Assembly (NCBI GenBank): GCA_000320545.1
Contig: ADNK01001817.1
Location: 111,507 to 175,506 of the forward strand
Reading direction: 5' to 3'
DNA length: 64,000 nucleotides
Source: Bigelowiella natans CCMP2755
Taxonomy: Eukaryota; Protista; Cercozoa
The position numbers and the translations under genes were made by a program. The notes beneath the pieces are model-generated. The model saw only the letters and a list, made by a program, of their open reading frames with translations, was not told where the DNA came from and searched no databases. Below, one piece after another: positions 1 to 13,591 of this stretch. The stretch's first letter is position 1, and the number at the start of each line of letters is the position of its first letter.

Positions 1-168
1 AACTTTCCAATAATTCATCTCCTTCCACCACAGCTCCCAAACGAAGAACAATGTATTTGCAGATATAATGACTTTACGTATATATCACCTCACACATTCT
101 TTTTCGTGCCTACTTTTCTAATTATTATCCATCACACTGAGCAATAAATGAACCAATGAATTGATCAG

Positions 169-3135
169 CACGTACGAGGCGGCATGGACTCCCATCTCCG
201 TTGGAACGTACAATCAGCACGTTCATTTACTGGCGCGCGGTGTGGGGTTGGAGGCTTTCTACTTCCCGTCTACGACAGCACTTGAGATTGACAACCTAGC
301 CTCTCCTCATACCACCAAGATCGATCCTGTTCTCGATTTTGACCTGAAAGAAGCCAACATTCTACCGAACGCCACAAACCCATTCCCTGCCGACGACTGG
401 TAAGCTATTCGTGTAGATAGTGATGAAACTCGGTGATATGTTTTCGCTTGACCACTACTCCATGATTTCCGCCTGCTCCATCATTCAAATCTTCGATATC
501 TTATCATTCAGGTCAGTCTATTGGCGAGGCAAGCTTCGATTCCCCAAGAATGCCTCTTACCGCTTAACTGCAAGTATTGCAGCCAATTGCGGCGTACGTG
601 TTTGGCTGGGAATTCCTAGCAACATCCAAAGCGGATTAGGGACGAACTCCTGGAGGAGGAGTAGTAGCAAGGGCTACACTAATTCTTCCACATCTCAGCA
701 TATTTATGCTTTTGCGCAGTACCTCAAGAGCCATGACCCCATCATTGACGAGAGGGAACGTAATGAAGGTGGAACCGATGTATTCGCAGACGTACACGAC
801 GTGCGGGAGAATCTTTACTACGACTTTGCGGTCGAATTTCTCGACTACGAGGGCGATGCCACTTTCTCTCTGCAGTGGGAAACTATCTCGCCTGGTGAAC
901 CCCAAATTCCCCTCCAAGTCGTGCCAACATCAGCGCTCTCCATCATGCAGAATGTGTCAGGATCACCGGTGAAGTGCGTGACGTGGAACGCCCCCTCCTC
1001 CCACCTACTATCGACCACCCACCCAGATGGAGGTCTCATGTCGACCTATCCCTTGCCGCTAAAGAGCTCAGGGATTCCCCAAGAGTGGGACGCCGGTGTC
1101 ACGTTCACATTCAACGTGCAAATTCGTGATCAGTTTGGAAACTTGCAAGTTAATGGAACCGAGGGCGGCAAGCTCTCTGTACTCCTCAAGGAGATTTACG
1201 GCGCCTCGGTCACCCCCATCTCTCCCCCTCTTTCTCTCTTTTCTTAAATACTTAATACGGATGACCTAGAAATTTGTTGCGGTTTTGAAAAACAAGGAGA
1301 AAACGCGCGCACGCGCACGCACGCACGCACTTACACTCACGCTGAAACGCCATTTGTGTGCACGCAGGTCGTAAACTACACCTCCATAGTTGACCATCTC
1401 AACGGGACATACACGTTTGTAATTGAGCCTCTGGTGTCTGGAACTCATGAACTGCACGTAAAGTTTGACGGTTGGCCTATCCTTGGCAGTCCGTTCCCAG
1501 TCGAGGTAGAATCGACGAACGACAACTACGACGCCGCTTGCATGCATGCATGCATGCACTCAGCAGTGTGCTGTACGATCTGTATAGATAATTTACTCTC
1601 CCCACCAATCTGCCTCAATCGCTTCTCGCTTCGTCCTTGGTCCCCTCTCACTAACCACCTTTTGCCTACTCTCAGGTCATACCTGGAGTTGCGGTTACCT
1701 CGACCTCGAATGCGGTGGGCGTCGGCCTTCGCAATGCAACCGTAAACTATGAGTCGCGATTTGAAATCTTCATCCGGGATATTGAAGGCAACTTGCGTAG
1801 AGACGCTGACCTTGTGGTGTGCGAGACGACAGGACCAGAGCCGCTTGATGTCAATGTATCTCGCGTAAGGGATGGAATCTACTCGGCAAAGTAAGAGAGA
1901 GGGTGTGGTTGTGGTGGTGGCAAATGTGGGAAGAATAGAAGAATAAAAGTAGCAAATGCTACAACAACTCTGTATAAATGGCATACTTTGTTGCGCACAT
2001 AGTATCTTTGCATCAATGTACGTTACTTTGTTTTCAAATATTTTATATTTTTACAAATGTGAAGAATATTATACAGTATTATATTATATCATATTTGCAT
2101 GCACCCACACACGCACGTACATCTTACAGGTACACACCTCGCGTGAAGGGAAGCTACACCTTCCAGGTGAAATTGAACGGCGTAAACTTGCCGCCGTCCT
2201 TTACTGTCACGGTCTTCCCGGATAGAGCGATTCACAATTATACGATCTACAACATCAACAATGGGACGGATATCAACAAAACTGCGAATCTCCTCGTAAC
2301 GACGCTTGACAACCAAAACAATGTTCTCGAGACTGGAGGCCATTTCTTCTATGCATGGATGGTAAGAGCTCTTTTTCTTTCCCTCTCTCTCTCTCTCTCT
2401 CTCTCTGTCTATTTCCGTGTACGAGCACGATAGCACGCATACTGACATAAACAAACAAGAGAATAAATAGTATCATTAACCCCTGCCTGCTGCTGTTACT
2501 GTCACTATTACCAGGTGGAAACGTATACGGGTAAAGAGTTAAGGGGAGAGGTATTCGACCTGCAGAACGGCAATTACACTATCAGCTTCCCAGTTAACAC
2601 TAACCGAACAGCCTACATGCTCTACATCCTTCTTGCCAGCGGACGAGGAATTGGTGATGGGCTCATGGCCCACTATTACACCAACCCGTGGCTCACAGGC
2701 ACACCCACCTTAACGCGAATCGACTCCCACATCAACTTCAAATGGGGGCAAGATCTCGTCGCTCCCACCGCTAGGGACTACGTCAGTATCAAGTGGACAG
2801 GATACATACGGCCAAAGTACGCGCAGATGTACAACTTCTCGCTACAGGCCGATGACGGTGTGCGGCTGACAGTCGACGGCCACTTGATCATCGATGAGTA
2901 TTTCAACTCCGCCAGTGAGTTCCTAGGCTCCATCTTCTCGGGTAACTACACGTTTCCCAAACCGCAGATGTTGTATAAATTCGAGCTGGAATGGCGCGAC
3001 ACAGTTGACATTGCTCTTTGTATCCTGAAGTGGGAGTCACCATCACAAACCAAGGAGATCATACCGCAGGACTACTTCCATAGTGATGCGAAGCCGATCA
3101 TCAACTCGTACTCGAGATACACGACAACTCCCTGA
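169..3135 (+). CDS. 3' part of a large filamin/Ig-like repeat plus PA14-domain protein (5' end lies upstream of the window)
   Basis: GT-AG exons at about 169-399, 512-1208, 1368-1505, 1676-1890, 2130-2361 and 2515-3135 join in frame (DDW|SVYWRG). Filamin-type motifs: DHLNGTYTFVIEPLVSGTHELHVKFDGWPILGSPFPVEV, VRDGIYSAKYTPRVKGSYTFQVKLNG, DLQNGNYTISF. C-terminal PA14 domain: GLMAHYYTN...RIDSHINFKWG...SIKWTGYIRP...FSLQADDGVRLTVDGHLIID...LKWESPSQTKEIIP. Stop TGA at 3133-3135. Confidence 0.85.
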
Positions 3136-3975
3136 TGTCTAGAAGATAGTTCCTCTGTCGCGGTGTAGTGACAGAAAGTCTATTTCTCATCAGAAACTCT
3201 TCTATGCCTTCAAGCATCTCCCCATCATACACCACGTCTTATCACTATTATCATTATCAAGTCTGATATTCCCTTTCGAAAGAATGGTTCACCACCCTCT
3301 TCATCTCTAACGTTTACCGCTGGATAACATTTTTTCACTTTCACTCCCAACTCACATCTCCTAGCCCAACCCCATGATTGATCTTTCGATCATGATTGCC
3401 AGGGTATGACCATACACTGAAACACAAAGTTTTTCTCTACTTAGTCGAAAACCTGTAGTACCTTGCGCCCCCCCTGCGTGAGGCGCCTCGCCATAAATGT
3501 GATACTGGTTTTTTTTGCTGTATATTTCACCTTTCACCGTCATCTATTTATGCTACTGTCGCACCGACTACGACCTCTTCCTCTTAATTAGACGATATAG
3601 TAGAAGTTATGATAGTCGTGAAGTTGTTGACAAAAATAGAAGCCGAAGCAGCCTGTTGTACGCACATGCTGGACAAAACCCTTTATCAGCTTCATTCTGA
3701 TGACACTATTTTTGGCTGAGAGCCTCCCTCTTCCTTATCATACGTAAGTGAGTATATTTATACGTATGAACATTGACATGCATGCTATGTATGCATGCAT
3801 GTATCTGTAAAGCGCTGCGGCCAACGCTACATTTGATTGTTTATTCCTCTCTTAATAATTGTATGTGAGTCAGCACCCATGTACGTTAAGCCATAAAGCG
3901 TATCGTAGGCGGTAACTATGGCATGCACCTACGTTTACCTCGCGCATGCATCGCGCGTACATGCGCTACGTAAGC

Positions 3976-4067
3976 AGACGGATGTAATAAATCAAATTAA
4001 TAATTTGTTCAATGGTCATCCTCACATATATAGCAGCTGTGCAAATGCAGGTGGGGCTACAGCGCTA
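3976..4067 (+). repeat. Copy of a short dispersed element (AGACGGATGTAAT...TTCAATGGTCATCCT...AGCTGTGCAAA)
   Basis: Aligns by eye with the copies at 9779-9855(-), 9894-9955(-), 22076-22121(+) and 28907-28970(+). Flanked by GCGCTACGTA at 3963-3972 and 4062-4071. Confidence 0.8.
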
Positions 4068-4476
4068 CGTACAACTATATTTTCTGAAATGCTTTAACTG
4101 ACATACAATCTGATGTACTATGACCTAGCCGGCCTACAAGCTACTATATCTTGTCGCGAAAGGTGTACATGAACACGCGAGCGATAAGCCTAGCTCTCGT
4201 AGACACAAGCCTACGGTACCGATCGTTATATGCACGTGCCTAGCATCCCATGCATCAATATAATTTAACTAGAGACTGCCAAGCGTCATCAAACTCATGC
4301 TTACCATTTATTGCGCCCGGCACGGAGCAGCATATCTATCTAGATATATTGGGAAGGTGACGCGTTGCATTATTGATGTTAGTTTTGTAATTCCAATTGG
4401 AGCTTACGCAGGTATACAGGCGTAACATGCTTACTTTACATGTGGATGATACTATAATACGAGCTGAGTGTGGGCT

Positions 4477-5651
4477 CTAATCCTGTTCCAACTTCGATTT
4501 TAGAAAGTCCATCAATTCCGGAAATGTTCCCTGTGGTGGTTAGACAAGATATTGCAGCAGTAAGCTTCTTCTTAACTTAGGCTTGAAACAAAGTGTAAGG
4601 TCTACATTTACCTGCAAGAATGTCCCACGGTCTTTTAAAACAATCAGCTCCGCGTTTGCATTCGCCGCAACATTTCGGGCCTCTTCAATCTTTCCAAGGG
4701 GATCGTCAACGCTGATGCGTGCAGTACGGGTAATCATTCCCTGGTAGCGCATCCTTACACATCTAATGCTCAATGTGGTTGGTTCGGTGTTGTTACTACC
4801 TGTGGAATTGAACGATGAAGTCTGTATTCCCTCGTATACTTTCCCACCGATATAGTCTTCCATGTCTTTCGCCTTATTGACGTTGGGGTGGGGTTAGAGG
4901 AGTGCTTGATTGCATGTTAAAATAATATTCTCTCTCCTCCTCTCTATTTTTTCCTAACGTTCTCATTCGTTCGACGGTTTAGCTGTCATTCACTTACCAG
5001 CGTAGTACTCATCCCCTGGTGTGGCAACGAGAATGACACCTGCAACCCTGTGATCCTCGATAAATCTCAAGACAGCTTCTGCACCAGACATATGCCCAAT
5101 TAATACAGTATTCTCATCAGGCTGGAACTCACGCATAGCATCGATCCAGATCCTCTCCCATCTTTTTGTCATGGTGTGGTAAGGATTCGGAAAGTCTTCC
5201 ATCAATTGGACTTCTGTAGTTAGGATAAGATCAAACATATGCAGATGAGTAAGATGGCTCAGGGTGAAGCGCTCCTTACAGCATGAACAGGTTTGCAGAT
5301 GTCTCCAAGATATCAACCTGTGCGCAAATGAGAGCCGAGATTCCGATACCACAGAGATGAGTCGTCTTTATTCGAAGGGACGATGATAATTCTTTTCCGG
5401 GGTCCATTTGGCTTTTGCCTGACAACGAAATCACTGAAAGCCTTAAGTGGGCGTTCCGTTTCTCCTCCCGGTTTCGAATCCGGGATTTGGCATCTCGTGG
5501 ACACCAGGGGGGTACTTAATCTTCGATGACTACCAGAAGGGGCCACAGCGATATTACCCGCAGTTGTCATCAAGGTGAGCATCCTGAAAACCGAAGAATG
5601 GCGAAGGAATGTAGGTGAATGCCTGCTACTTCGGCATGGCGGAGCAGCCAT
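4477..5651 (-). CDS. RBBP9/YdeN-family alpha/beta hydrolase-like protein with substituted catalytic residues and an N-terminal extension
   Basis: Five exons splice to ...RIIIVPSNKDDSSLWY...DFPNPY...ERIWIDAMREFQPDENTVLIGHMSGAEAVLRFIEDHRVAGVILVATPG...YRWESIRGNTDFIVQFHSVDDPLGKIEEARNVA...LKDRGTFLQGTFPELMDFLKSKLEQD*. This is colinear with RBBP9 (IVPGN...[25 protein letters not shown]...WQWEKIK...IVQFGSTDDP...DCGHFQ). Start codon uncertain. Confidence 0.85.
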
Positions 5652-6049
5652 TGCAAGTTCCGTCCGGTCGTCGTCGTCGTCGGATTTTTCTTGTTGTTGT
5701 TGTTCTTGTTGTCGCTATTCTTCCCACATGCAGGTGATCTACTACGAAATATCAAAGTATATTTCCTTGCCAGATTGTCATTTACGATAGGATATTATTA
5801 TTGTCATTGTTCTTTTTAGATTTTGCTTGCTGCTCTTGTCGTAGGACACTAACCGTCGTTATTGGTACGAAATGAACCATCTCATGTGTAGAAGGGGATC
5901 GATTGGTATGTCGTACGAATGAATTCCACTGGATTTATACAGGAATTGAAGTTTTCTGCTGTTCATTCATTCAGTACCCTACCACTTCTCCTGCCACGAA
6001 GAAGGCCCCCCCCCCACCACACCATTTTCACGTCGTCGCGCATAGGACC

Positions 6050-8228
6050 ATGCGACGTCGTTTCCCCCTCCTACTTTCTGTAGGCCTTGCAGCTCTTGTC
6101 ATGGTGGCTATGATCTACACTGGTAGTGCAGGTTAGTGAACCTTTGCCAACTTCTGGAAACGTAAGGTATTTCATAATTCTTCTCCTTGACTTCTTCCCT
6201 CCCCTAGGTGCTTCTTTATCCTTGGGAAAGGCAATTTCATCAAAAACGAAACCAGGTCTTCTGTCGTGGTCGGTACTACGTTCGCTCTCGGCTAGAAAGT
6301 CGTGTTCTCAAAAGACTAGACGGCTAACTAAGGTGCATCACCCTCCTCGTGCCTACACCAGTGGCTCCAACTTGGGGGGTGAACAGGGCCTTTCAGCCGT
6401 CATTGTAGGAGCAGGGGTTGGAGGTCTATCTGTTGCTGCGAAATTGGCAAAATCAGGGAAGTTTTCCAATGTAACCGTCTTGGAGAAAAACCCAGAAGCG
6501 ATTAGCGGTGCTGGACGCCTTGCTGAGATATACTTAAAGGGTCCAGACGGCGGAAATTATAGATGTAGTTAATTAATTAGTGCTTTCATCCTAAACAAAT
6601 AGAGCTAAGCTAAATCAAATATTATTGTATGTATGGAGAATGAGTAGTGTGTTTGTAATCGCAGTTGAAACCGGACCAAGCTTGATGCTTCTCCCTGATG
6701 TGTATAGGTGTTGTTCAAATTACACCATTAACAAGCAGTAAGCAAATAAACTAATAAACAATTATGATATGAAATTAATAGGAGAACGTTCTCCAGTTTG
6801 GGGCTATCCTTGGACGATCTTGTCGACATTAAGCGCGTGATGCCTGCATTCCGAGTGCATTTTGCAGACGGGCCGTCCCTGGTTCTGTCTGAGGATGAAG
6901 CGCTGATGAAATCCCAACTCGATGCTCTGGAACCTGATGGATACGAAAAGTATAAGCGATACATGGCGTCAGCTGATATAAATTTGGACGGAGGACTTCC
7001 ACTTTTCATTGAGAACGACTGGTCAAATGCATTAGAGCTGGTCCCAAAATTCATCGGCAACGCTCTCCAACATTGGCCTCTTAAGAGCCACTACGCAAGC
7101 TTGGGAGAGTTCTTCGATACGGATAAAATGAAAGCTCTCTTCTCTTTTCAGGATCTCTACATCGGGCTATCTCCTTACGAGTCACCGGGAGTATTTAGCC
7201 TCCTGCAGTCTATCGAATACACCGACGGTATCTACTATCCTGTGGGCGGCTTTACTCGTATAGCGGATGAGCTCAAGAAAGCATGCCTTGATTTGGGTGT
7301 GAATGTCGTATATGATGCGCCAGTCTCGGAGATTAAGGTTGACCCAGATACCAAACACGCTAGCGGAGTAGTTTTTGAACGTGACGGTAAAACCGAATCG
7401 GCGAATGGGGACGTCGTCGTAGCAAACCCCGATCTCCCTTACGCCGAGAAAAACTTGCTGAAGCCACATGCACAGCGTCCAAATTTCGATAATACTGAGC
7501 GGAACTACAAGTACAGCTCTAGTGTCGTGTCTTTCTGCTGGTACCTCCTTGTGATTGTGAGCACACACACACACACACACGCACGCACACACACACATAG
7601 ATATAGAGGGAGAGAAAGAGATTATAAAAAAATTAGGTACTAATTAGAGGGAAGGACGACTAGAATTTGTTTTGATATTTGCATTGTATAATGCCGTGGA
7701 TGGTTGTTCCTGTAAGCGTTGTTTCTCTTCTTCCTCCTCCTCTTCTTCCTCCTCCTCCTCATGTCGTAATTGTGCTGCTGTGACATAGGGCTGTGGATAA
7801 GCAGTATAGCAATCATCTGGCGCATCATTCGCTCTTCCTCTCGGATAACTACCGCAAAAGCTGGAAGGGAATCTTTGGTGAGAAAGACTATCAAGTAACG
7901 GATCTACTCAAGCGGGGCTACAAGGACTTTAACTTCTACGTGCATAGTATGTGCATGTGATGAAGCTGCTACTGTGTCGCACTGTTGCTCTCCTACACTG
8001 ATGTACCCACTATTAATAATAATAATAACCCTGTTACTATCACGGGAAACTTATGCCTCCTCGTATTCTCCTTTTATGTGTTATGTTCGATTTCGTCCTT
8101 CTTTTTCCTTCTTCTTCTTCATCTTCTTCCTCCTGTTAGCTCCAACCCGGACAGACCCCAGCTGCAGTCCTGAGGGCCATGATTCTATCATGATTCTTGT
8201 ACCAGCACCGGTGAGTGAGTAGATATAA

Positions 8229-8260
<32 letters not shown>

Positions 8261-8847
8261 TTGGTCTTCTTCCTCCTCCCCCTCGTCCTCCTAGCCTATT
8301 GACGAGTCGATGTCCAAGGAGCAGTGGGAATCCTTCGAAGAGACATTAGTGGTATATGTGTCGTTGTGCTCACCATTATTATCATTACCGTTTGCCTCTC
8401 TGTCCTTTGCTTTTTTTTAACAAATTGCCACTAGGAATCGCCGCATAAGTTTTTAAACAGCATGTGCATGAGCAAATTCACAAGAAAAGAATCTCTTTCA
8501 AATTTTGCCTCCTTCACAAGGACACTTTATTATACTACTAGCACACACGGCTGACACTATTCTCTCAGGAACAAGCCAGAGAAGGTGTTATCCGGCGGTT
8601 TGAAGACGCAGGCATGAGTGACTTCCGTGAGCACATCGTCAAAGAGTCGGTTCGCACGCCATCTGAATGGAGTAGTATGTACAACCTGAAAAGGGGAAGT
8701 GTCTTCGGCCTAGCACATCCAATGACGCAACTCTCGATTCTAAGACCTGGCCCTCGTCATCCGATCGTGGATAATCTGTCAGTCGTTTATTATCGCCCAC
8801 TAAACCGATGATTGTGCTACTTTGCTAATGTCTTCTTTCATCGCTTG

Positions 8848-8878
<31 letters not shown>

Positions 8879-9129
8879 GAAGGACCGATCATCGATTCAT
8901 TCTTGTTATATGCCCTCCATCACCACCACCACTACTACTACCACAACTGCTACTATTTCTATTCTCCCTCATCACCACTTTTCTTCTTCTTCTATATAGA
9001 TACTACGTCGGTGCATCGACACGGCCCGGTAATGGAGTTCCTTTAGTCCTGATAGGTGCGGAGCAGGTTGCTGATCAGATGCTTGCAGATCTTACTAAAA
9101 CTATGGCAGCGACGGCTCCTGCCACGTAG
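6050..9129 (+). CDS. crtI: CrtI-type phytoene desaturase (FAD-dependent carotenoid oxidoreductase) with a signal peptide plus transit-peptide-like leader
   Basis: Leader MRRRFPLLLSVGLAALVMVAMIY followed by an S/R/K-rich segment. FAD motif AVIVGAGVGGLSVAAKLA...VTVLEKN. Family motifs YRFETGPSLMLLPDVY, FSFQDLYIGLSPYESPGVFSLLQSIEYTDGIYYPVGG, FYVHTPTRTDPSCSPEG, YNLKRGSVFGLAHPMTQLSILRP and NLYYVGASTRPGNGVPLVLIGA. About nine exons join in frame with GT-AG sites. TAG at 9127-9129. Confidence 0.92.
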
Positions 9130-9778
9130 TCACAACATTTCATCCAAACAGTAAACAATTCTAGAAAGAAAGTGCATGATTACAGGTCATCTTTAATATA
9201 AATAGCAGTAGCAAATCTATCGACTTAAAAATAGCGTTTAAGACTTTAATTTCTTGCTCTACAGCTTGATATGTTTTTTCAATATGCAGAACTATGTTTC
9301 ATATGATTATCATCCAACAAATTTTGTTGATAAAGCAGCAGCAACAATTGTAATATATGCATAGGTACAAATATCGTATGTTTATAGCCTGAAACGAGAT
9401 AGCTGTGTGTAGTAAGCTGCTACGCATACTTAAACTCATCTACATGCACCAGCTGTACTAGTGTGTCTAAATATTTTTGTTACTCGTATTGTGTGAATTA
9501 ACCACATCATCTTGCTAGCTTGCGCCAGCATGCGATAGCTTAGGATGAATGTACATTTCATTGCGAATTTTACGTACAGCTTTATCATGGTATAAATATG
9601 ATGTTAGCAATCATAAAGAAATAATAATCAAATTCTGCATGTACGCATGTAAGGCAGGATCTAAAGGTCTATTAAAACACCAAGTCAACTTGCATCTGTG
9701 CGGCTCTAATCTAGCATACTAGCTAATGTATCCCATCGCTGTAAAAGATTTAATCATATAATTACCTCCGTCTAATAT

Positions 9779-9955
9779 TAGCGCTGTAGCCGCTGCATTG
9801 CACAGCTACATAAGGATGACCATTGAACAAATTTATTGATTAATTACACCCGTCTCATGACATGATTCATAAGTCTAGAAATATGCATGCGCAGCTTTGC
9901 ACAGCTACATTAGGATGACAATTGAAAAAAAATAATAGATTCATTACATCTGTCT
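9779..9955 (-). repeat. Two adjacent copies of the same short dispersed element, plus a short fragment at 9761-9773
   Basis: TTGCACAGCTACATAAGGATGACCATTGAAC...ATTACACCCGTCT and TTTGCACAGCTACATTAGGATGACAATTGAAA...ATTACATCTGTCT are reverse complements of the consensus. Confidence 0.85.
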
Positions 9956-10045
9956 CATATGCAGCACTCAGAATAACCCAGCAATTGCAAACACATAGAA
10001 ATTACTAGCAAGACTTTGTGGATAAGTAGTGAAAATTTAGTAAAC

Positions 10046-10692
10046 TCACTGCTGCCGCCGCCGTCTCAACAGCTCAAATAGAACAATGCTTGCTGCTGTG
10101 GCAACGTTTAGGCTCTCAACATTACCCTCCATAGGAATTTTGACCCATTTGTCGACTAACGGCTCTACATCGTGAGAAATCCCGTCTGATTCGTTCCCAA
10201 GAATCCATCCGGAGCATAAACCCTTAGAGACCATCTCTTCGGAGAGGCTGTACAGATCCTTCCCATCATTCCATACGCAAATATTAGAGCAAGATAGATC
10301 ATGCATGCTTGGACTACACACGAGTTATCCTCATTGAGCGAGTGAGTGCGTAACATAATCGGCATCATCATGATCATCATCATCATTATCATCATCATGA
10401 GCATCTCTACAGGTAGGCATGGAAACATAATATGATGATACTATCAATGTGGGACAGTAGTAGGCAGTATACACTAACGTACTACTACTAGTACTCACAA
10501 AGATCATCTGTTTTGTTTCTTTCCCCTCCTCTCTTCTCTAACCGTACCTCTGCATCAGGCCTGCCACTCAGCCCTATCAACTGTACCCCGTTCTCTGAAT
10601 AAACGATGGGAATTATGCGACAAATTCCATAAACACTTTTGTATTCATAACTTACGTGTTTGACGGTATTAATGTATCTTCATATATATGTA

Positions 10693-10731
<39 letters not shown>

Positions 10732-11266
10732 CGCGTATTTACGTGCCAGATTGTAAAAATAAACACACGCACACAAACTCTTAACCCAGCAGGTTAGAAA
10801 TAGACTAGCAGCACCACTGCAGCCACATATATCTATAAACCTATATCTATCTTCCTATATTTCGATAGGATCATGCCACCATCAGTAAGTAAGTAAGTAG
10901 CAGCAGAAGGAACACGACCATGCAACAACTAACGTATTAGTAGTAGTATTAGTAGCAGCAGTTTTTCTATCACTCTATCTATCACCTCATCTCACCTTTT
11001 AGAGTACGTGCAGCTTCATATACGTTATTGCAATGTACCATCCGTGCCCTCAAAGCAACACCAGCAGAGGCTTTGACCACCATTGGACCAACTTCGGGAC
11101 AGCCCTTGCGGAGATATCAAGAAGAAGAAGAAGAAGAAAAAAAAGGTTACTATAATTACAATAATAATGAACAACCAAGCTTACACCATTATCGAAGCGT
11201 ATATCGAACGAGCAAATCACTATTCGTGATAGCGCATAGACGAAGATCATCATGGATAGACCAGAG

Positions 11267-11304
<38 letters not shown>

Positions 11305-11959
11305 CATCATTATCAATTATGGCTTCTAAATACGTAGCAAGAAACCTTCCTCGGGATGATGATAGCGTGTGCTCCTGCAGCGGTTGCACTTCGCACGATC
11401 ATGCCTGTAATGATAAATGGCAGCATTTTCAGGCAGAGCAATGAATAACAAACACTAAACAGACGGATATGGAGGAGATATGTACCACATCTTCGTATAT
11501 GCGCACATGCATGCATATATTCATTTTAATCCTTTCACATCAACTCTTCTGCTACTTTGCTGCTGCTGCTGCAGCTAGCTCAGTGCTCACCAATATTGTT
11601 GGCATTCCGAACATTATCGCAGATGATAATAGGACGCAGGGGCAATCCTTCACTTATGATCTCATTCACGTATTCGTCTAGAAACTCCTGATGCATAAAT
11701 AGACGTAGTATATCTTAGTTATAACCGTTCTATTGTGCACACAATAGTCCTCATTGCAACTATTAAGGAGAACTGTAACAAACGGAATATTTCTTGTTCG
11801 AAAGGGAGATAGCTCACGATAAGATCTTCCGCCCCCCCCCCCCCCATCACCATCATCATCATAATCATCATCGTCATCACAACGTTCTGCACTACTGCTA
11901 GATTCTTCCTATCAGCGAATTCTTTACATTTGTACTACTCTTTCTGTAACATTATTGGT

Positions 11960-11999
<40 letters not shown>

Positions 12000-12309
12000 T
12001 AGCACCTTTGGCTTTTCGATATCAAGGGCAACACCTTGATCCTGACGTGGGTTTCCAGATACGCCTGACGTACAATAGCAACAACAACATAATAATAATA
12101 TTAATCAAGTAATCAATTCATACGCATGGTGAAAACGAAAGCTACTATTTACGCAAATATAAACAACGACGCGGCTACTCCAGGTCACAAAAATCAGATG
12201 TGCTCACGATATCATTCTCATTAATTGAATGAAATCAGATGTGTTCACGATATCATTCTCATTAATTGAATGATCTCTATACGTCATGAGGAGGAGACGG
12301 AAAGAGAGG

Positions 12310-12343
<34 letters not shown>

Positions 12344-13549
12344 ATGAAGAGAAAAAAGAAAGTAACACACAATCAAAAGCAACAAACGATGATGATGTTA
12401 GTGTTACTACTGACGATTGACAGCATCAGCGCTGCATCTCTTCACTTTGATGCCTCTTTCATCTGCGGCTCGCAATATCTCCTGTATCAGCTCTCCACGC
12501 ACCTGAGTAATAAAGCGACATCATCATCATCATCATCATTATTTTACTACTACTACTACAACTACTACTACTACTACTACTACAACTACTACTACTACTA
12601 CTACGACTACAATGACTACCCCCCTCGCAATGACAAGCTTGTCAACTTCGATATTGGGATCCATCAAAGCCTCTATCACTGGTTTCCGACCGTATAATGT
12701 GATGAATCTATCGCGCAAGTGCATAGAAGAAGAAGAAGAAGAAGAAGAGGAAGTAGTAGTTGTAGTTGTTGTTGTAGTAGTGCCTCGAGGAAGAAACCCA
12801 GATTTATTGCGTTGGTCCACTCCTTCTCCGTTGTTATTTTCTTTTGGACTCCTTCTTCCTCCTCTTCCTCCTGCTACTATTTCCTCAAATAAGCCTCTGT
12901 CGTAGTCATCATTGAGGTTTTGGCTGCTGCTACCCTCTTGTAGATTCGCCATTGATTCAAGTAAAGACTTTTTCCTCCTCCTTATGTCCTCATCTGCGCT
13001 GCCGCCGCCACTGCTACAGCGTTTCTTTCCCTGATAGATTCAAAATAAAAAATAATTTGTGGTTAAATTTGTTCAATACAATGCGGATGTGAAACGATAT
13101 CGACAACGCTAAGAGGCGAAGGCGTTACACAGCATACTTCGATTAAGTAAGCAAACAAATTTTCAAAAGAAAAACATCGGTCGTGATTTCTCGCTTCTCA
13201 TTCCTCTGAATATTTCTAGCTTCTTCTTCAAACACGATGGCATTTTCTTCTCATTTTGGAGACTATTACGTGAGAAATGCAGTTCCTCCTATGATTCCTC
13301 CTCCTCCTGTGCGGTTGTCGTTTTACCCATGTCCACTCGTCAGCTAGAGCCTTCAATGATCTTACCGAGGATAACGATGACGACGGCATTGCTTGTTGAG
13401 AAAATACAAGGTTGGCTTCTTGAGGTACAGCGAGAATTCTTCTAAGAACAATATAAGAGATGCATTGGCATTGTGGTTTCTATAGGTTTTATATTGCACG
13501 TAAGCTGCAGCTACATCGTCATCATCACCGGCAGCAGTAGAAATTGTGT

Positions 13550-13591
<42 letters not shown>

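Noticed and set aside
9761-9955. Repeated units separated by spacers, superficially CRISPR-like
   Set aside because: Only two or three degenerate copies with irregular spacing, in a eukaryotic context with no cas genes. Better explained as the dispersed element.
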